64,000 nucleotides of DNA from Mobula hypostoma (Eukaryota), in the NCBI RefSeq assembly GCF_963921235.1, contig NC_086097.1, positions 69,938,001 through 70,002,000 of the forward strand, in the 5' to 3' direction. Below, piece by piece: positions 63,981-64,000 of the stretch; the first letter of the stretch is position 1; the number at the start of each line of letters is the position of its first letter. A program made the position numbers and the translations under genes. The notes beneath the pieces were generated by a model. It saw only the letters and a program-made list of their open reading frames with translations. It was not told where the DNA came from and did no database searches.

Positions 63981-64000
63981 TATCTATATGTCTGTCCTTT

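Noticed and set aside
60836..64000. Search for opsin exon 1, including the ORF-track start MDLNKLYLIIPWFVS and the frame at 61298-61546
   Set aside because: The MDLNK extension is intronic sequence across a clear polypyrimidine/AG acceptor. No phase-1 exon encoding an opsin N-terminus and TM1 start was found, so exon 1 is probably outside the window.

Overview
Vertebrate nuclear DNA, most likely from an elasmobranch (shark or ray), judged from its repeats: HE1-like V-SINEs, abundant CR1, Rex1/Babar, L1, RTE, Penelope, Tc1, hAT and Gypsy. There is no prokaryotic content and no CRISPR array. Two spliced host genes can be rebuilt by hand, both on the minus strand and in tandem. (1) A non-visual opsin of the Opn5-related group, best matching opn6: five coding exons (60630-60835, 49772-49871, 49298-49402, 27089-27312, 19976-20422) splice in frame with GT-AG junctions into about 360 aa with the retinal-binding Lys296. 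Its first exon was not found and probably lies beyond 64000. (2) The 5' part of cochlin (coch): a CpG-island promoter near 17.2 kb and exons 16458-16491, 15780-15821 and 15277-15433 (signal peptide plus LCCL domain). The rest of coch appears to lie left of the window. Roughly half of the window is transposon-derived and often nested, with readable target-site duplications (TSDs). Almost all ORFs in the track are TE fragments or chance frames. Points worth a second look: an unusual opsin counterion region (D113, no E181, E188, IRY); a core-intact minimal hammerhead ribozyme in a Penelope element, in sense with the opsin pre-mRNA; fold-back ribozyme-derived hairpins; twin 5' splice-donor motifs exactly 10 nt apart upstream of ORF1 in three diverged CR1 copies; and a duplicated 25-nt micro-exon-like cassette. 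I cannot show a wholly new biological system from sequence alone.
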